Shown one piece after another: positions 1 through 9,535 of a stretch of DNA of 64,000 nucleotides (its first letter is position 1; each line of letters opens with the position of its first letter). The DNA is taken from positions 10,778 through 74,777 of the IMG/VR virus record IMGVR_UViG_3300050821_024094. One strand, given 5' to 3'. The stretch is from a virus. A program made the position numbers and the translations under genes. The notes beneath the pieces were generated by a model that saw nothing but the letters and a program-made list of their open reading frames with translations, made no database searches and was not told where the DNA came from.

Positions 1-236
1 CCGAACTGATCGAAGACGCCTTCGATCGCATCGGGCAACGTGCCCGTGGTTCCGAGCGCAAGCGCATCGCGCGCGTTGCCGGCAATCAGGATAGGTTCGT
101 TGATCGGGAAGAGGTCGGGGTCCGCGTCCGGCGCGGTGCCGACCAGACCGATGACGTTGGACGGCCCGAGTTGGATCGGACGGATTGCGTCATCCACCTC
201 GATCGTTTCAATGCCATGACGATATTCGGTGACCAT
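1..236 (-). CDS. Tail sheath protein, N-terminal part (P2 FI-like), runs off window
   Basis: Manual translation MVTEYRHGIETIEVDDAIRPIQLGPSNVIGLVGTAPDADPDLFPINEPILI...GTTGTLPDAIEGVFDQ resembles the sheath N-terminus; not in ORF track. Confidence 0.9.
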   Translation of the reverse strand, partial: MVTEYRHGIETIEVDDAIRPIQLGPSNVIGLVGTAPDADPDLFPINEPILIAGNARDALALGTTGTLPDAIEGVFDQF

Positions 237-313
237 TGAGGGCAGCCTCCATTATCGGGCAGCCCGGTCACCGGGTGCCTCTGAGGGGTTCTTGGTTTTG
301 TGGCGAAGCGGCG

Positions 314-952
314 TTACGTCGTGATCGCCGCGAACTGAGCGTCGATCTGCGCAGTCGTCGTGATCGTGGGTGGGGTTGCCTTGATGGCGGTGACCACCGT
401 CATCTCCTTGCTGAAGCAGGCTTGGACATGCGCGCCGACCGCATCCGCGATCGCCGTGATTTGCGCAGCCGTGAGCGTGACAAAAGCACCGGTCGCGGTC
501 TTCCAGTTGATGGCGGTCGTCGGGTTCTGCTGGCAGTAATTGAAGGCGCCAGCGAGCATGGCCTGACTTGCGCGGTCGGTCGTGACCGCAGCGCCACTGA
601 CCGTGATTCCGGCCGTCTCCTTGTTGTAGCGCGCCGTGGCCGCGTAGGCGACGAGACCATCCACGGTGAGGGGCGTGGCGTCGATCACCTGCATCACGAC
701 GTTGCCGACCTTCGCGAAGTGATAACCGGTGACCGTCGAGCCATCGGTCGGGAGGGGCACCGGATCAACGCGATGGATACCGATCGCGTTAAGATCGACG
801 TCGCCCCAGAGCGAGGTGATGTCGAAGGAGTGCGCAACCGGAGCATCGCTCGTTCCGGTGTTGATGAGGGTCGGAGCCCCAGTGCTGTCAAACGGGAACA
901 ACTCGACAAACACCCCGGGCGAGGTCTCGCGAACGATGAGCTTGTTGGTCAT
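314..952 (-). CDS. Tail fibre-associated protein (DUF4376-like C-terminus)
   Basis: TDRASQAML...WKTATGAFVTLTAAQITAIADAVGAHVQACF motif; follows fibre genes. Confidence 0.75.
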   Translation of the reverse strand: MTNKLIVRETSPGVFVELFPFDSTGAPTLINTGTSDAPVAHSFDITSLWGDVDLNAIGIHRVDPVPLPTDGSTVTGYHFAKVGNVVMQVIDATPLTVDGLVAYAATARYNKETAGITVSGAAVTTDRASQAMLAGAFNYCQQNPTTAINWKTATGAFVTLTAAQITAIADAVGAHVQACFSKEMTVVTAIKATPPTITTTAQIDAQFAAITT

Positions 953-959
953 GCTGTCC

Positions 960-1325
960 TCAGAACGGGATGGCGCGCTTGACGACGTTCGCAGTGTTCG
1001 GCGTCACCGACTTCACCACGGGCTCAAAAACCGTCGTGGTCTGCGAGGGCGAGGCGCGCTGCATGTTGAGGAGCACCGCACCGTCATCGAGCGCGCGGAT
1101 GGCGTGCTTGTGATCGGGCAGAAACTCCACCGGCAAGCCGCCAGCCTCGAAGGCGACTTCCCTCCCCTCCCCGTCGTAGCCGAGGAAGCGGCCTTTGATC
1201 GGGATCGAGAGGTGAGCGAAGTTGTGTGCGTGCATGGCGATTTCATCGCCTGCGCTTTCGAAGGTGTAGAGCGTCGAGTTCATGCCTTCGTGATGAAAGT
1301 ATTGAGTCGCAGGACGTGCCATCAC
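960..1325 (-). CDS. Cupin-fold protein in tail fibre locus
   Basis: HAHNFAH...G and HKHAIRAL cupin-like motifs. Confidence 0.65.
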   Translation of the reverse strand: MMARPATQYFHHEGMNSTLYTFESAGDEIAMHAHNFAHLSIPIKGRFLGYDGEGREVAFEAGGLPVEFLPDHKHAIRALDDGAVLLNMQRASPSQTTTVFEPVVKSVTPNTANVVKRAIPF

Positions 1326-2060
1326 TCAGCTCCACGAGATCGAGACAGAACCATTGGCTCCGCCAGAACCGGCGGCCGATGGGGCGTTAGTGCAAGGCTC
1401 CCCGGCGCCTGCCGCGCCAACGACCACGGTGATGATTGCACCTGCGGTAGGCGCCCCGACGTCGCTAGACAAAAACGTCCGTTGCGAGCGACCGCCACTG
1501 CCGCCTGTACCACCAGTTGCGTCATAGGTGCCGCCTCCCCCCCCTGGCGCACCGCCACCCGTGGTGTTGGCCGTGCCACCTGTGCCGGTTCCTGGAGAAC
1601 CGGCTCCGCCGCTTTGCGGTGCATAGATCGGATTGCCACAGCAATCGGTGCCGGTCTGTACTCTGTAAGCGCCTCCTCCGCCGGTGCCACCGTTCCCGAC
1701 CAAAGGCGTCGCGCTGCCGAAGGAGCTCGCGCCGGCGTTGCTCCCGCTGCCGCCGAGGGTGGACAGCCCTTGCCCGCCACCGGCGCCCGCACCCTTCACG
1801 TCGACTACGAGAGCGTTGTAGTTCGGGACGATGAAGCTGTACGTGCCCGGCGTCGCGTAGCTGGTCGAACCGGGGATGACGGCGGGCTTTCCACCGCCCA
1901 GCGGCATCATTCCGGGGATGGTGCCGATCGGCCGCACGACGCGACCACGCACGACTGCGTACCGCCCGATCCGCCGGCGCACGACGCGCCCGCGCTCGAA
2001 CGCATAGCGTTCGTATCCCCCCGGCTTCGCCGGTTGGAAGTAGACGACCGCCCTTTGCAT
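1326..2060 (-). CDS. Glycine-rich tail fibre/accessory protein
   Basis: TPGTYSFIVP...GAGAGGG...GANGSVSISW Gly-rich domain; coupled to neighbours. Confidence 0.75.
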   Translation of the reverse strand: MQRAVVYFQPAKPGGYERYAFERGRVVRRRIGRYAVVRGRVVRPIGTIPGMMPLGGGKPAVIPGSTSYATPGTYSFIVPNYNALVVDVKGAGAGGGQGLSTLGGSGSNAGASSFGSATPLVGNGGTGGGGAYRVQTGTDCCGNPIYAPQSGGAGSPGTGTGGTANTTGGGAPGGGGGTYDATGGTGGSGGRSQRTFLSSDVGAPTAGAIITVVVGAAGAGEPCTNAPSAAGSGGANGSVSISWS

Positions 2061-2908
2061 TAGCGAGCGCCCTTACCGACGAGTGAGAGGAAAATGCGCG
2101 TGGTGGAGAGGATCGTGTAGCCGAACAGGTTGTCCCGCGACGCGGCGCTGTCGATCGAGGCCGTCGCACCACTGTCGAAGATGTATCCAGACGTGCCTGG
2201 CACATCGAAGCCGAGCGTGAAGGCGCCGGTGGCGTTCTCCGAGATTTTGATCGTGCCGGAGCGTCCGACAACCGGGGTCAAGCTGACCGTCGGAAACTTC
2301 AGCGTGCTGTTCGCGGTGAGCGTGTAGGCGATGTGGACAAACTGCGTGAAGTCCGGCGTGAAGTTGCCGGACACGTTGCCACCTGCGACGGGTGCAAGCG
2401 CCGAGGAGAGCCCGCCGGTGTCGATCGCGACACCTGCGGTCAGTGCTCGGATTTGAGCAACGGTCGCGATGTTCTCAGCCGAGACCGTGCCCAGCCCTGG
2501 CAGTCCAAGGTTGCTGACTGCCTGCGACTGCTGAGCGGGCGTTAGCGCCTGAGCCGCATCGAAGCGCAACCGATTGCCGAGCGCGGCCGTGAGCGTTCCG
2601 GCGAAGTTCGTGTCGTCGTTGATCGCGTCCGCCAGCTCCTTGAGCGTGCTCAGCCCCGCCGGAGCTCCATTGAGCAGCGCGGTGAGGAGGGATTGCACGA
2701 ACGCAGTGGTGGCGACCCTGGTCGAGCTGTCGGTGCTTACTTGCGTGGGCGCAATCGGGCTGGTGAAGTTGTAAAAGGCGACGCTTCCCGACGTCGCGTC
2801 CAGCCAAAAGATGATGCCATCATGCTCGTTGATGGCAATCTGACCGGACAGCAGCGTGGTCGGAACGGCACCTGGCGTCGTCGAGCGAAGGATTTTGACC
2901 GTGCTCAT
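2060..2908 (-). CDS. Tail fibre protein
   Basis: P2 gpH-like APT..DSSTRVATTAFV and GAPAGLSTLKELADAINDD.NFA motifs. Confidence 0.85.
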   Translation of the reverse strand: MSTVKILRSTTPGAVPTTLLSGQIAINEHDGIIFWLDATSGSVAFYNFTSPIAPTQVSTDSSTRVATTAFVQSLLTALLNGAPAGLSTLKELADAINDDTNFAGTLTAALGNRLRFDAAQALTPAQQSQAVSNLGLPGLGTVSAENIATVAQIRALTAGVAIDTGGLSSALAPVAGGNVSGNFTPDFTQFVHIAYTLTANSTLKFPTVSLTPVVGRSGTIKISENATGAFTLGFDVPGTSGYIFDSGATASIDSAASRDNLFGYTILSTTRIFLSLVGKGAR

Positions 2909-3228
2909 TAGAACGTGCCCCCGTCGAGCACCACGGTGGTGCTCAAGATGTTTTCAAGAGTGGCCACGTCAGCCTGCGCCTGCGCGACGAGCGCATTGGT
3001 CGCGTTGATCTGATTGGTCAACGACTGGATCAGCGGCGCGAAGGTGGTGTTGAGGCGGCTGATGCCGAGCGCGGTGACTTCGGCCACGGCCGCGTCGATC
3101 TTGGAGAACGTGCCCTCGAGCGCCGCGAGGCGCAGGTCGATGTCCTGGAACTTCGGATTCCAGCGCGTCGGGTCGCCCAGGTCGTCGCCCTGCTTGATTT
3201 TGTAGAGCTGGTCATAACGCTGGGCCAT
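2908..3228 (-). CDS. Hypothetical coiled-coil tail protein
   Basis: Coupled in tail operon; ends LDGGTF. Confidence 0.7.
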   Translation of the reverse strand: MAQRYDQLYKIKQGDDLGDPTRWNPKFQDIDLRLAALEGTFSKIDAAVAEVTALGISRLNTTFAPLIQSLTNQINATNALVAQAQADVATLENILSTTVVLDGGTF

Positions 3229-3232
3229 CGGA

Positions 3233-3493
3233 TCACCCCACTACCTTGGCGCCCGAGATCGCGTCGCGGTTGGTTTCCGCGAAGTCACCGCGCGCGACGA
3301 CGTCCTGGCTCGGTCGCAGCGCGATTCCGCTTTCGAGCAGAATGGTTCGCGTGAGCCGCACGCGGTACTGCTTCGCCGGATCGAACGTCGCGGGCGGGGG
3401 CGGCAGGCCGTCGCTGAGCGCGAGCAGCGCAGCCTTGGCTGCCTTATGGTTTGCCCGGCCGGATCGCGGCTGGGCGACGGGCGTCATGGCCAT
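3233..3493 (-). CDS. Hypothetical protein (tail operon)
   Basis: Fills operon gap on the coding strand. Confidence 0.6.
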   Translation of the reverse strand: MAMTPVAQPRSGRANHKAAKAALLALSDGLPPPPATFDPAKQYRVRLTRTILLESGIALRPSQDVVARGDFAETNRDAISGAKVVG

Positions 3494-3520
3494 CTGCCAA
3501 ACTCCAAAGTCGGGGAAAGG

Positions 3521-3553
3521 AAAGAGGCGCGGCCATCGAAGGCCGCGCCTTTG
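3521..3553 (-). terminator. Hairpin / possible intrinsic terminator
   Basis: AGGCGCGGCC-loop-GGCCGCGCCT stem just after the 3565 stop. Confidence 0.5.
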
Positions 3554-3564
3554 CTGTCGCTAGA

Positions 3565-6174
3565 TCAGAGCGCCCAGAAGACGCGCTCAGCGACGTGGAA
3601 CGTGTTCGCCACGGCATTCGTCGTTCCATCGATGACGATGGTGAACGTCGTGATCCCCGGCGCTGGCGTGAACGTGAAGTCGATCTGGTACTGGGCGATG
3701 CTCGCGTCCAGCAACGTCGACGCCGTCGCGATCGGGCTCAGATACCCAACGCCACCACCTGTCAGCGTTGCGCCGGAGAGGGTTGCGCCGGAGACCGTGG
3801 TTACGAGCGTGAAGGAGTTGCCGCCCGCGCCGCCGGTCTTGTCCGTGATGCTGAGGACCGTGGTCGTCACCGAGTAGGTGCACTTCGCGATCTGGGCGTC
3901 GGCCGAGGCCGAAAGGAACGTCGCCAACGCAGTCAGCGTCGCGGCGAGGTTCGCCCCGATGTTGACCTGATTGCCGGTCGCCCCGGACGTGACGAACGTG
4001 ACCGTCGTCCCGTTGAGAACGATCGTGGTCCCGGTGGCCGGGTTCGAGGTGAGGGTGACCGAGCCGGTTGCCAGCGCGAAGTTGCCGTGGAGCTTGGCTG
4101 TGCAGGTATGCGCGACCGGGTTGAAGCCCTCCACCAGCAGGCGGACCGTGATGTTGGTCGAGGAGGACGGCAACACCTCCGAGGAGGAGACGTGGCGGAA
4201 CGTGTTCGCCGGACACCAGATTTTACAGATCGAGTCCGTGAGCTTGATGCCAGGGGCAACAGCCGGCGTGCCGACGAAGCGGGCACGGAACCGCGCGAGC
4301 ACCGGGGCCGTAGCGAACGGCACCAGTGGGTTATCGGGCGTGATCGGCAGCCAGGTGCCGGTTCCATCCGGCAACACCTCGAAGATGAGGTCGCAGGAGG
4401 CCGGCACGATCATGCGCGCCGTCAAGTCGATGTCGCGGATACCGCCGCCGAGGTTGAGCGCCCCGAGTTCGATCGTGACCTGCGGCGCGCGGAACTCCGC
4501 GGTGTAGACGCGGAGCATCATCTCCTTGGTCAAGTCGCCCAGGAAGTAGGCGCCGTCCGTGGAGTACATGAACGTGCCGTCGAGGTACGACCCGCCGTCC
4601 GCCATGCCGATCTGATGGTTCGCCGCGCAGGTGACGAGCACGCCCATGCGATCGCCCTTCGACGCGAAGGACGGCGTGATGGCGAGTTCGTTCCAGCCCT
4701 GCACGAGTGCCGCGCCGGCGATGTTCTGGTGCGAGATGACCTTGGTGAGGTCGGGCACGCCGTTCGTGCATTGACAGAGGGTTAGCCACACGTCGGTCGC
4801 CGAGGCCACCGACTGAATGTAGATGCCGAGCTTGGTCACCCACATGTCGCTGGAGCACAAGAAGGTCTGGGCGAGCTGCGCACCGTTGACCGAGTGGTTG
4901 ATGGTGTCGAGCTCCCAGTACGGCTCGGTCCAGGAGTCGTGCCACCAATATTGGTAGTAATGGATGAGATGGTTCGGATCGCCGTTGTCGGTAACCGTCA
5001 CCGTCTCGTAGGTCGAGAAGTTCGGGAGCCACCAGGCCGGGGTTCCGGTCGCGGCACTCGTCTGCCAGGTCACTCCATTGGTGCAGACCGCGTAGGAGCC
5101 GCCATCGCGCAAGCGCGAGTAGGCAATGTCCTTCTCGACCAGTGCGTAGGTCTGGTAGCCGTACTGCCCCATCGCAATCGACGTGTTGAAGGCGCCGGTC
5201 TCAAGCTTCAGCGTGTTGTCATAGACCGGCAGAAGCAGGCCGTTCTGGTACGCTGCATTGGAGTCCAGCGGATTGAACAGCGAGAGCGCGAAGATGGCGG
5301 CGTTCTGAGCGGGGAACCGCACGCCCATGTCCACAAGCGCGTTCCAGCCGAGCGACTGCGTGTCGGCGGTGTCGCTCTGCGTGGTGTCTGGCCACAGGAA
5401 GTAGTCAGCGCCGTAGTCGGCGAAGGTGCTTGGGAGGCCGACTTTCGCCTTCACCTCTGCCATGTCCTGGTAGAGCTTGATGACGTCGGTGCGCTGGCCG
5501 GATTCGTTGAGCTTGTTCGCGAGGGCAGCCAAGTCGGCGGCGAGCGCGGACACGCGCGGCGCAATCTGGTTGTCGAAGTTCTCGACGTTCGAGAGGCGGT
5601 TATCGAGTGCCTCGGTCGAGGTCACCTGTCCTGCCGGGAGCATTGTCACGGAGACGACGCCGCTCGTATCGAGCAACACGTTGGCAATGCCAACCTGGGT
5701 GGATGCGATCGCCGGAGCCTGCGGGTCCGGTCCTTCCGCGCCCTGGAGGACTGCGAGCACCGCGTCACGCGAGGAGGTCATGGCGACCGGCTGAGGTTCG
5801 GTCTGACCGGTGGTGACATTGGTGAGGAAGTCGCGGGTCTGCACGTCAACCTGGTTCTCGACGCCATAGGCGACGATGGTGACGATGCGCTGCGAGGATG
5901 CGGCCAGATAGGAGACGAGCGACTGCACGGTCTGCGTCGGGAGCGAGAACACGGCGCCGGGCTGGCCGGCGGTGTTCTTGCCGTAGAAGCGACCTGGCGC
6001 CACCGTGATTTCGGCTTGGTTCGACTTGACGGTGTTGAAGCCGCTATAGCGCAGCGTGCCCGTTACCGCGTCATAGACGAGATCGTCGAGCGAACCCCGG
6101 ACATAGCCCTGGAGGTTGTTGTGATCCGAGGCTTGCTGTTCTTGATAGTCTCGGAAGATGACCTGCTTTTCCAT
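3565..6174 (-). CDS. Large baseplate/tail protein (~870 aa)
   Basis: Follows gpI-like gene; likely start MEKQVIFRD at 6174; beta-rich, Thr/Gly-rich. Confidence 0.8.
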   Translation of the reverse strand: MEKQVIFRDYQEQQASDHNNLQGYVRGSLDDLVYDAVTGTLRYSGFNTVKSNQAEITVAPGRFYGKNTAGQPGAVFSLPTQTVQSLVSYLAASSQRIVTIVAYGVENQVDVQTRDFLTNVTTGQTEPQPVAMTSSRDAVLAVLQGAEGPDPQAPAIASTQVGIANVLLDTSGVVSVTMLPAGQVTSTEALDNRLSNVENFDNQIAPRVSALAADLAALANKLNESGQRTDVIKLYQDMAEVKAKVGLPSTFADYGADYFLWPDTTQSDTADTQSLGWNALVDMGVRFPAQNAAIFALSLFNPLDSNAAYQNGLLLPVYDNTLKLETGAFNTSIAMGQYGYQTYALVEKDIAYSRLRDGGSYAVCTNGVTWQTSAATGTPAWWLPNFSTYETVTVTDNGDPNHLIHYYQYWWHDSWTEPYWELDTINHSVNGAQLAQTFLCSSDMWVTKLGIYIQSVASATDVWLTLCQCTNGVPDLTKVISHQNIAGAALVQGWNELAITPSFASKGDRMGVLVTCAANHQIGMADGGSYLDGTFMYSTDGAYFLGDLTKEMMLRVYTAEFRAPQVTIELGALNLGGGIRDIDLTARMIVPASCDLIFEVLPDGTGTWLPITPDNPLVPFATAPVLARFRARFVGTPAVAPGIKLTDSICKIWCPANTFRHVSSSEVLPSSSTNITVRLLVEGFNPVAHTCTAKLHGNFALATGSVTLTSNPATGTTIVLNGTTVTFVTSGATGNQVNIGANLAATLTALATFLSASADAQIAKCTYSVTTTVLSITDKTGGAGGNSFTLVTTVSGATLSGATLTGGGVGYLSPIATASTLLDASIAQYQIDFTFTPAPGITTFTIVIDGTTNAVANTFHVAERVFWAL

Positions 6175-6182
6175 GCCTGCCT

Positions 6183-7460
6183 CTAAGCTCTCGGAGACCC
6201 GACCACGTAGGAGTCGACGCCTGCGATGAATGGACGCCCAGCCACGAACGCGGCGATGGGGCCTGATTGGATGAGGATTTTGTCGGAGAGCCGCTTCGCC
6301 GCTTCCGTGGCCCAACGGACGAGCTTCATGGGCTCGGGATTGTGAGGAACCCAGAAGCGCGTCTTCGGGATGAAGACGCCATCACTGGATGCCGCCCACG
6401 GGCTTCGCGTGCTCGGGACCGAGACGTGCATGATCGCGGTGTGAGCCGGAAAGCCGTAGCGGCCGGTCCCCATGAACTGTGTGTTCGGGCGCTTGAGGCC
6501 GGTCGAGCCGTCGAACACCGCATACCGATCGAACACCCGGTACTTCGAGGTCGACGGGATGAAGTAGTTCCTGTGGCCCATCAACGAGCCGGTACCGTGA
6601 ACGTAGTTCGATCCGGTGAAGACCGAGCGTCCGCGCTGGCCTGGTTCGGTGACGAGCTCGGGTTGCGCGGTGATCGCCTGAAACGTTGGGCCGACCGCAA
6701 TCCGCCACGGCGTCGTGGTGTTTGGCATGATGGTCGCCAGCCGCCGCCAGGCGTCCGATGGGATGAAGAACTTCCCCGCGTTCGATGGCGTATGCGTGAA
6801 GACCTTCTCACCAGCCGAACCGACAAAGTGCAGTTGGTAATAGTTGCCGAAGTCGGTGACCGTGGTGTCGGTGTCGACACCGTTGACGTTCCAGGTCGCC
6901 TTCCGCTCGAGATGCTGCAAGGCGATCGACGGGATCGAGAACATCCCGGCCGAGTAGAAGTTGCGGCTCTTGGTGTTCGCCGAGAATTGCGATCCGATGA
7001 ACGCCTTGTGCGGGCCGGCCGTGCCGGTATCGCGGAAGTAGTAGACGCGGACCTGCGGGAGAGTTTCCAGCCAGGATTCGCGCTCTGCCCTCGTGAGCGA
7101 AGGACCCGAGAAGATTTTGGCCGGCGGCTTATCGAACTTGAGCACCGTGCCGCCGACGTAGCGGACGTACTGTTCGATGGCGTAGGCGGTGCCCTTCTTG
7201 AAGTGCAGCGGGATCGAAGCGGCGATGACGTTGCGCTTGATCTGATCCGGCCAGTCCTGGTTCCAGATGTCGACGCTGCGCTCCCACGCGAGGAACGCGA
7301 GGAATTGAGCGGGCGTCGCCTGCGGCTGCTTGACCGTGTCGATCGGGACCGGGATTTGCGTGATCCGCTTGCCGGTCGCGGAGAGCGCCTGCATCAGCTC
7401 CGAGGAGCTGGTCGGAAGCAGATGGTCCGCATACGGAACCACAGGGCCAACAGCGGTCAT
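6183..7460 (-). CDS. Phage tail protein I (P2 gpI-like) with C-terminal extension
   Basis: LLP...FLAFLAWERSVDIW..WPDQIKRNVI...H.KKGT motif. Confidence 0.9.
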   Translation of the reverse strand: MTAVGPVVPYADHLLPTSSSELMQALSATGKRITQIPVPIDTVKQPQATPAQFLAFLAWERSVDIWNQDWPDQIKRNVIAASIPLHFKKGTAYAIEQYVRYVGGTVLKFDKPPAKIFSGPSLTRAERESWLETLPQVRVYYFRDTGTAGPHKAFIGSQFSANTKSRNFYSAGMFSIPSIALQHLERKATWNVNGVDTDTTVTDFGNYYQLHFVGSAGEKVFTHTPSNAGKFFIPSDAWRRLATIMPNTTTPWRIAVGPTFQAITAQPELVTEPGQRGRSVFTGSNYVHGTGSLMGHRNYFIPSTSKYRVFDRYAVFDGSTGLKRPNTQFMGTGRYGFPAHTAIMHVSVPSTRSPWAASSDGVFIPKTRFWVPHNPEPMKLVRWATEAAKRLSDKILIQSGPIAAFVAGRPFIAGVDSYVVGSPRA

Positions 7461-7476
7461 GACGTGGCCCTTGTTG

Positions 7477-8469
7477 TCAGAAGATGCCGCCCTCTACGAT
7501 CGCCGTAGCGGGTGGCGGGGGTAGGACCGGAGGAGCTTCGTCTTGGGTAGCGAGGACCAGGGTCCGCAGGTGCGGGATCTGCGTCCCGTCGCAGACGATG
7601 TCGACGAGCGAGGGCGAGGTCGCGTTGAGCACGCCGCCGACCTTGGCCGCTGCCAGGAGCGCGTTCGCGTAGACCGTCTGCCCGATCTTGTAGACGCTTG
7701 CGGCATAAGCCTGCACGGCCGCAGCCGACTGGGCCTTGATGAGCACCGGGTCAGGACCACGCGCAACGAGCAATTGGATCGCGGCGTCATACGAGACGAC
7801 CGTCGCGTCGATGACCGAAGGAACATCGGTGAGCGGGACCACGTCCTCTCGCTGGTAGAACGTGAGCAGCTTGACGATGACGTCATTGGCAACCGGCACG
7901 CCATTCGCGCCGGCAACGTAGACGTTCACCCGACCGTCCGGGGTATCGCCTACACCGGGAGCGATCGCGTTCGCGTCAACGATGGAGATGTCGGTGGTGA
8001 GTGCCCAGTAGACGTAAGCGCCCCACGGACCAACGGTCGAGAAGGCGTCGGGCGCAAGCTGGATGCGCAGGCGAAAGCGATCATCGCTCTCCATCACCGC
8101 CGGCGTCGGCGGGGAAGTGGTGTTGTCTGCCGGCGTGACGACCATGCGCTGGACTTCGTAGTCCGCGCCGATCTGGTCGAGGTCGCGGCCCTCCGCATAG
8201 GCGAGCAGGAGCGCCTTGCACTTGTCGTTGATCTCCCCGCGAAGCAAGAGCTCGCGGTAGGCGTCGGCCTGGAGAACGATGGTGATGGGCTCGGACTGAA
8301 GATCGAGCGTGTCGAGGTTGGGCAGGCTGGGGTTCTGCGCCTGGAAAGCCGTCCACAATTGGGTGACGAGGTCGAGGCGGGCTTGGATGACCGTGTTGTA
8401 GTCGAGTGGGTCGATGACCTGCGGAGGAGGAAGCTGCGTCAGGTCGATGACCGAAAAGCGATTGGTCAT
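7477..8469 (-). CDS. Baseplate assembly protein J
   Basis: IDLTQLPPPQVI, AYRELLLR..IN, MESDDRFRLRIQLAPDAFSTVGP.GAY; ATGA overlap with W. Confidence 0.92.
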   Translation of the reverse strand: MTNRFSVIDLTQLPPPQVIDPLDYNTVIQARLDLVTQLWTAFQAQNPSLPNLDTLDLQSEPITIVLQADAYRELLLRGEINDKCKALLLAYAEGRDLDQIGADYEVQRMVVTPADNTTSPPTPAVMESDDRFRLRIQLAPDAFSTVGPWGAYVYWALTTDISIVDANAIAPGVGDTPDGRVNVYVAGANGVPVANDVIVKLLTFYQREDVVPLTDVPSVIDATVVSYDAAIQLLVARGPDPVLIKAQSAAAVQAYAASVYKIGQTVYANALLAAAKVGGVLNATSPSLVDIVCDGTQIPHLRTLVLATQDEAPPVLPPPPATAIVEGGIF

Positions 8470-8915
8470 GGAGACACTGGCCCCGTGGTGAAGAGAACGC
8501 CGTTCTGACCGACGGCCATCAGGAACCGCGTCGTGGCGTTTTCGGAGACCGAATAGTCGCCGAGGTGCCCGCGCGGGTAAAAGATGCCGATCATCTCGAT
8601 CGTGAACTGGCCGTCCTGGTTCGCGTCGACGATGTTGAACTGCGTCACGCGAAACCCGGGTTCCCAGTTCTGCAAGGCGACCGCGATGGCGCTGTAGAAT
8701 CGCGCGAAGGTCTCGCGGTTGCCCGGCTTGTCGATCAGGCTCGGAACATCGCTGCCATAGTTGAGCAGCATGACGCGCGTGTTGAAGCGCGTCGTGAGAA
8801 TGTCCCAGATCGACTGGACGCAATGAGCAAAGCCGTAGAGCAGCTTGCCCGTGAGCTTGTTGGTGCCTACCCGCTCACCGGCAACCGCTGAAGCAGTCGG
8901 GTTCAGCGCGGGCAT
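8466..8915 (-). CDS. Baseplate wedge protein W (GPW/gp25)
   Basis: QSIWDILTT...RVM..YGS....LID.P...WEP motif. Confidence 0.9.
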   Translation of the reverse strand: MPALNPTASAVAGERVGTNKLTGKLLYGFAHCVQSIWDILTTRFNTRVMLLNYGSDVPSLIDKPGNRETFARFYSAIAVALQNWEPGFRVTQFNIVDANQDGQFTIEMIGIFYPRGHLGDYSVSENATTRFLMAVGQNGVLFTTGPVSP

Positions 8916-8918
8916 AGG

Positions 8919-9149
8919 TCACCTCAGCACTTGGCTCTTGGGAAGGAGCGGCTTTGGCGCGGCGGCCTTTGCCACCGGATCGGTGGGCCGCACGATCCAT
9001 CCGTAGATGGCCGGGTACTTCGCCTGCTCGTCCGTCATGCGGATCGATTGCCCGCTGACGTACCAGGTCGTGCCGACAAAGCCGTCGCCGACCTTGATGA
9101 AGTCTTTCTTCGCAGCGAGGTTGCCGCGCGGGGTCTTCTTCGGGGCCAT
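8919..9149 (-). CDS. Hypothetical protein between V and W
   Basis: Likely start MAPKKT; operon position. Confidence 0.55.
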   Translation of the reverse strand: MAPKKTPRGNLAAKKDFIKVGDGFVGTTWYVSGQSIRMTDEQAKYPAIYGWIVRPTDPVAKAAAPKPLLPKSQVLR

Positions 9150-9256
9150 CGTTGTCACCCTGGTTGAGAGTCTGTGGGAATCTTCGCAAGCCGTGCTGGT
9201 ACGCATTCACAGCTTCGTGGCGCGATTGTAGGTTTCGACCCTGAGAGGTTCGGAAC

Positions 9257-9535
9257 ATGAAAGCAGTTATTTGCGCTTGCCTTGCGGTCGCGGCACTAGC
9301 TTCGATCAGCGTCAGCTACGGTCAAGCACCGCCGGATATAGAGCGCGCCGGCAATCCCGAGACTCGCGACGAGGGCAGCATGGCCCACCATCCCATCGAC
9401 AGGCCCATGCCCGGCCAGCCAGGGAAGCCCAAAGGCGAAGTTTCCCGCGATCGCGAACGTAGCCATCAAGAAGCTGAGTCTCCCGCTTCCCGCAGGCCGG
9501 ACAGAAAGAACATGCCGACCGGAACTGGGTTCTAG
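9257..9535 (+). CDS. Small secreted protein (moron)
   Basis: Signal peptide MKAVICACLAVAALASISVSYG; GAGG SD; antisense to tail operon. Confidence 0.6.
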   Translation: MKAVICACLAVAALASISVSYGQAPPDIERAGNPETRDEGSMAHHPIDRPMPGQPGKPKGEVSRDRERSHQEAESPASRRPDRKNMPTGTGF

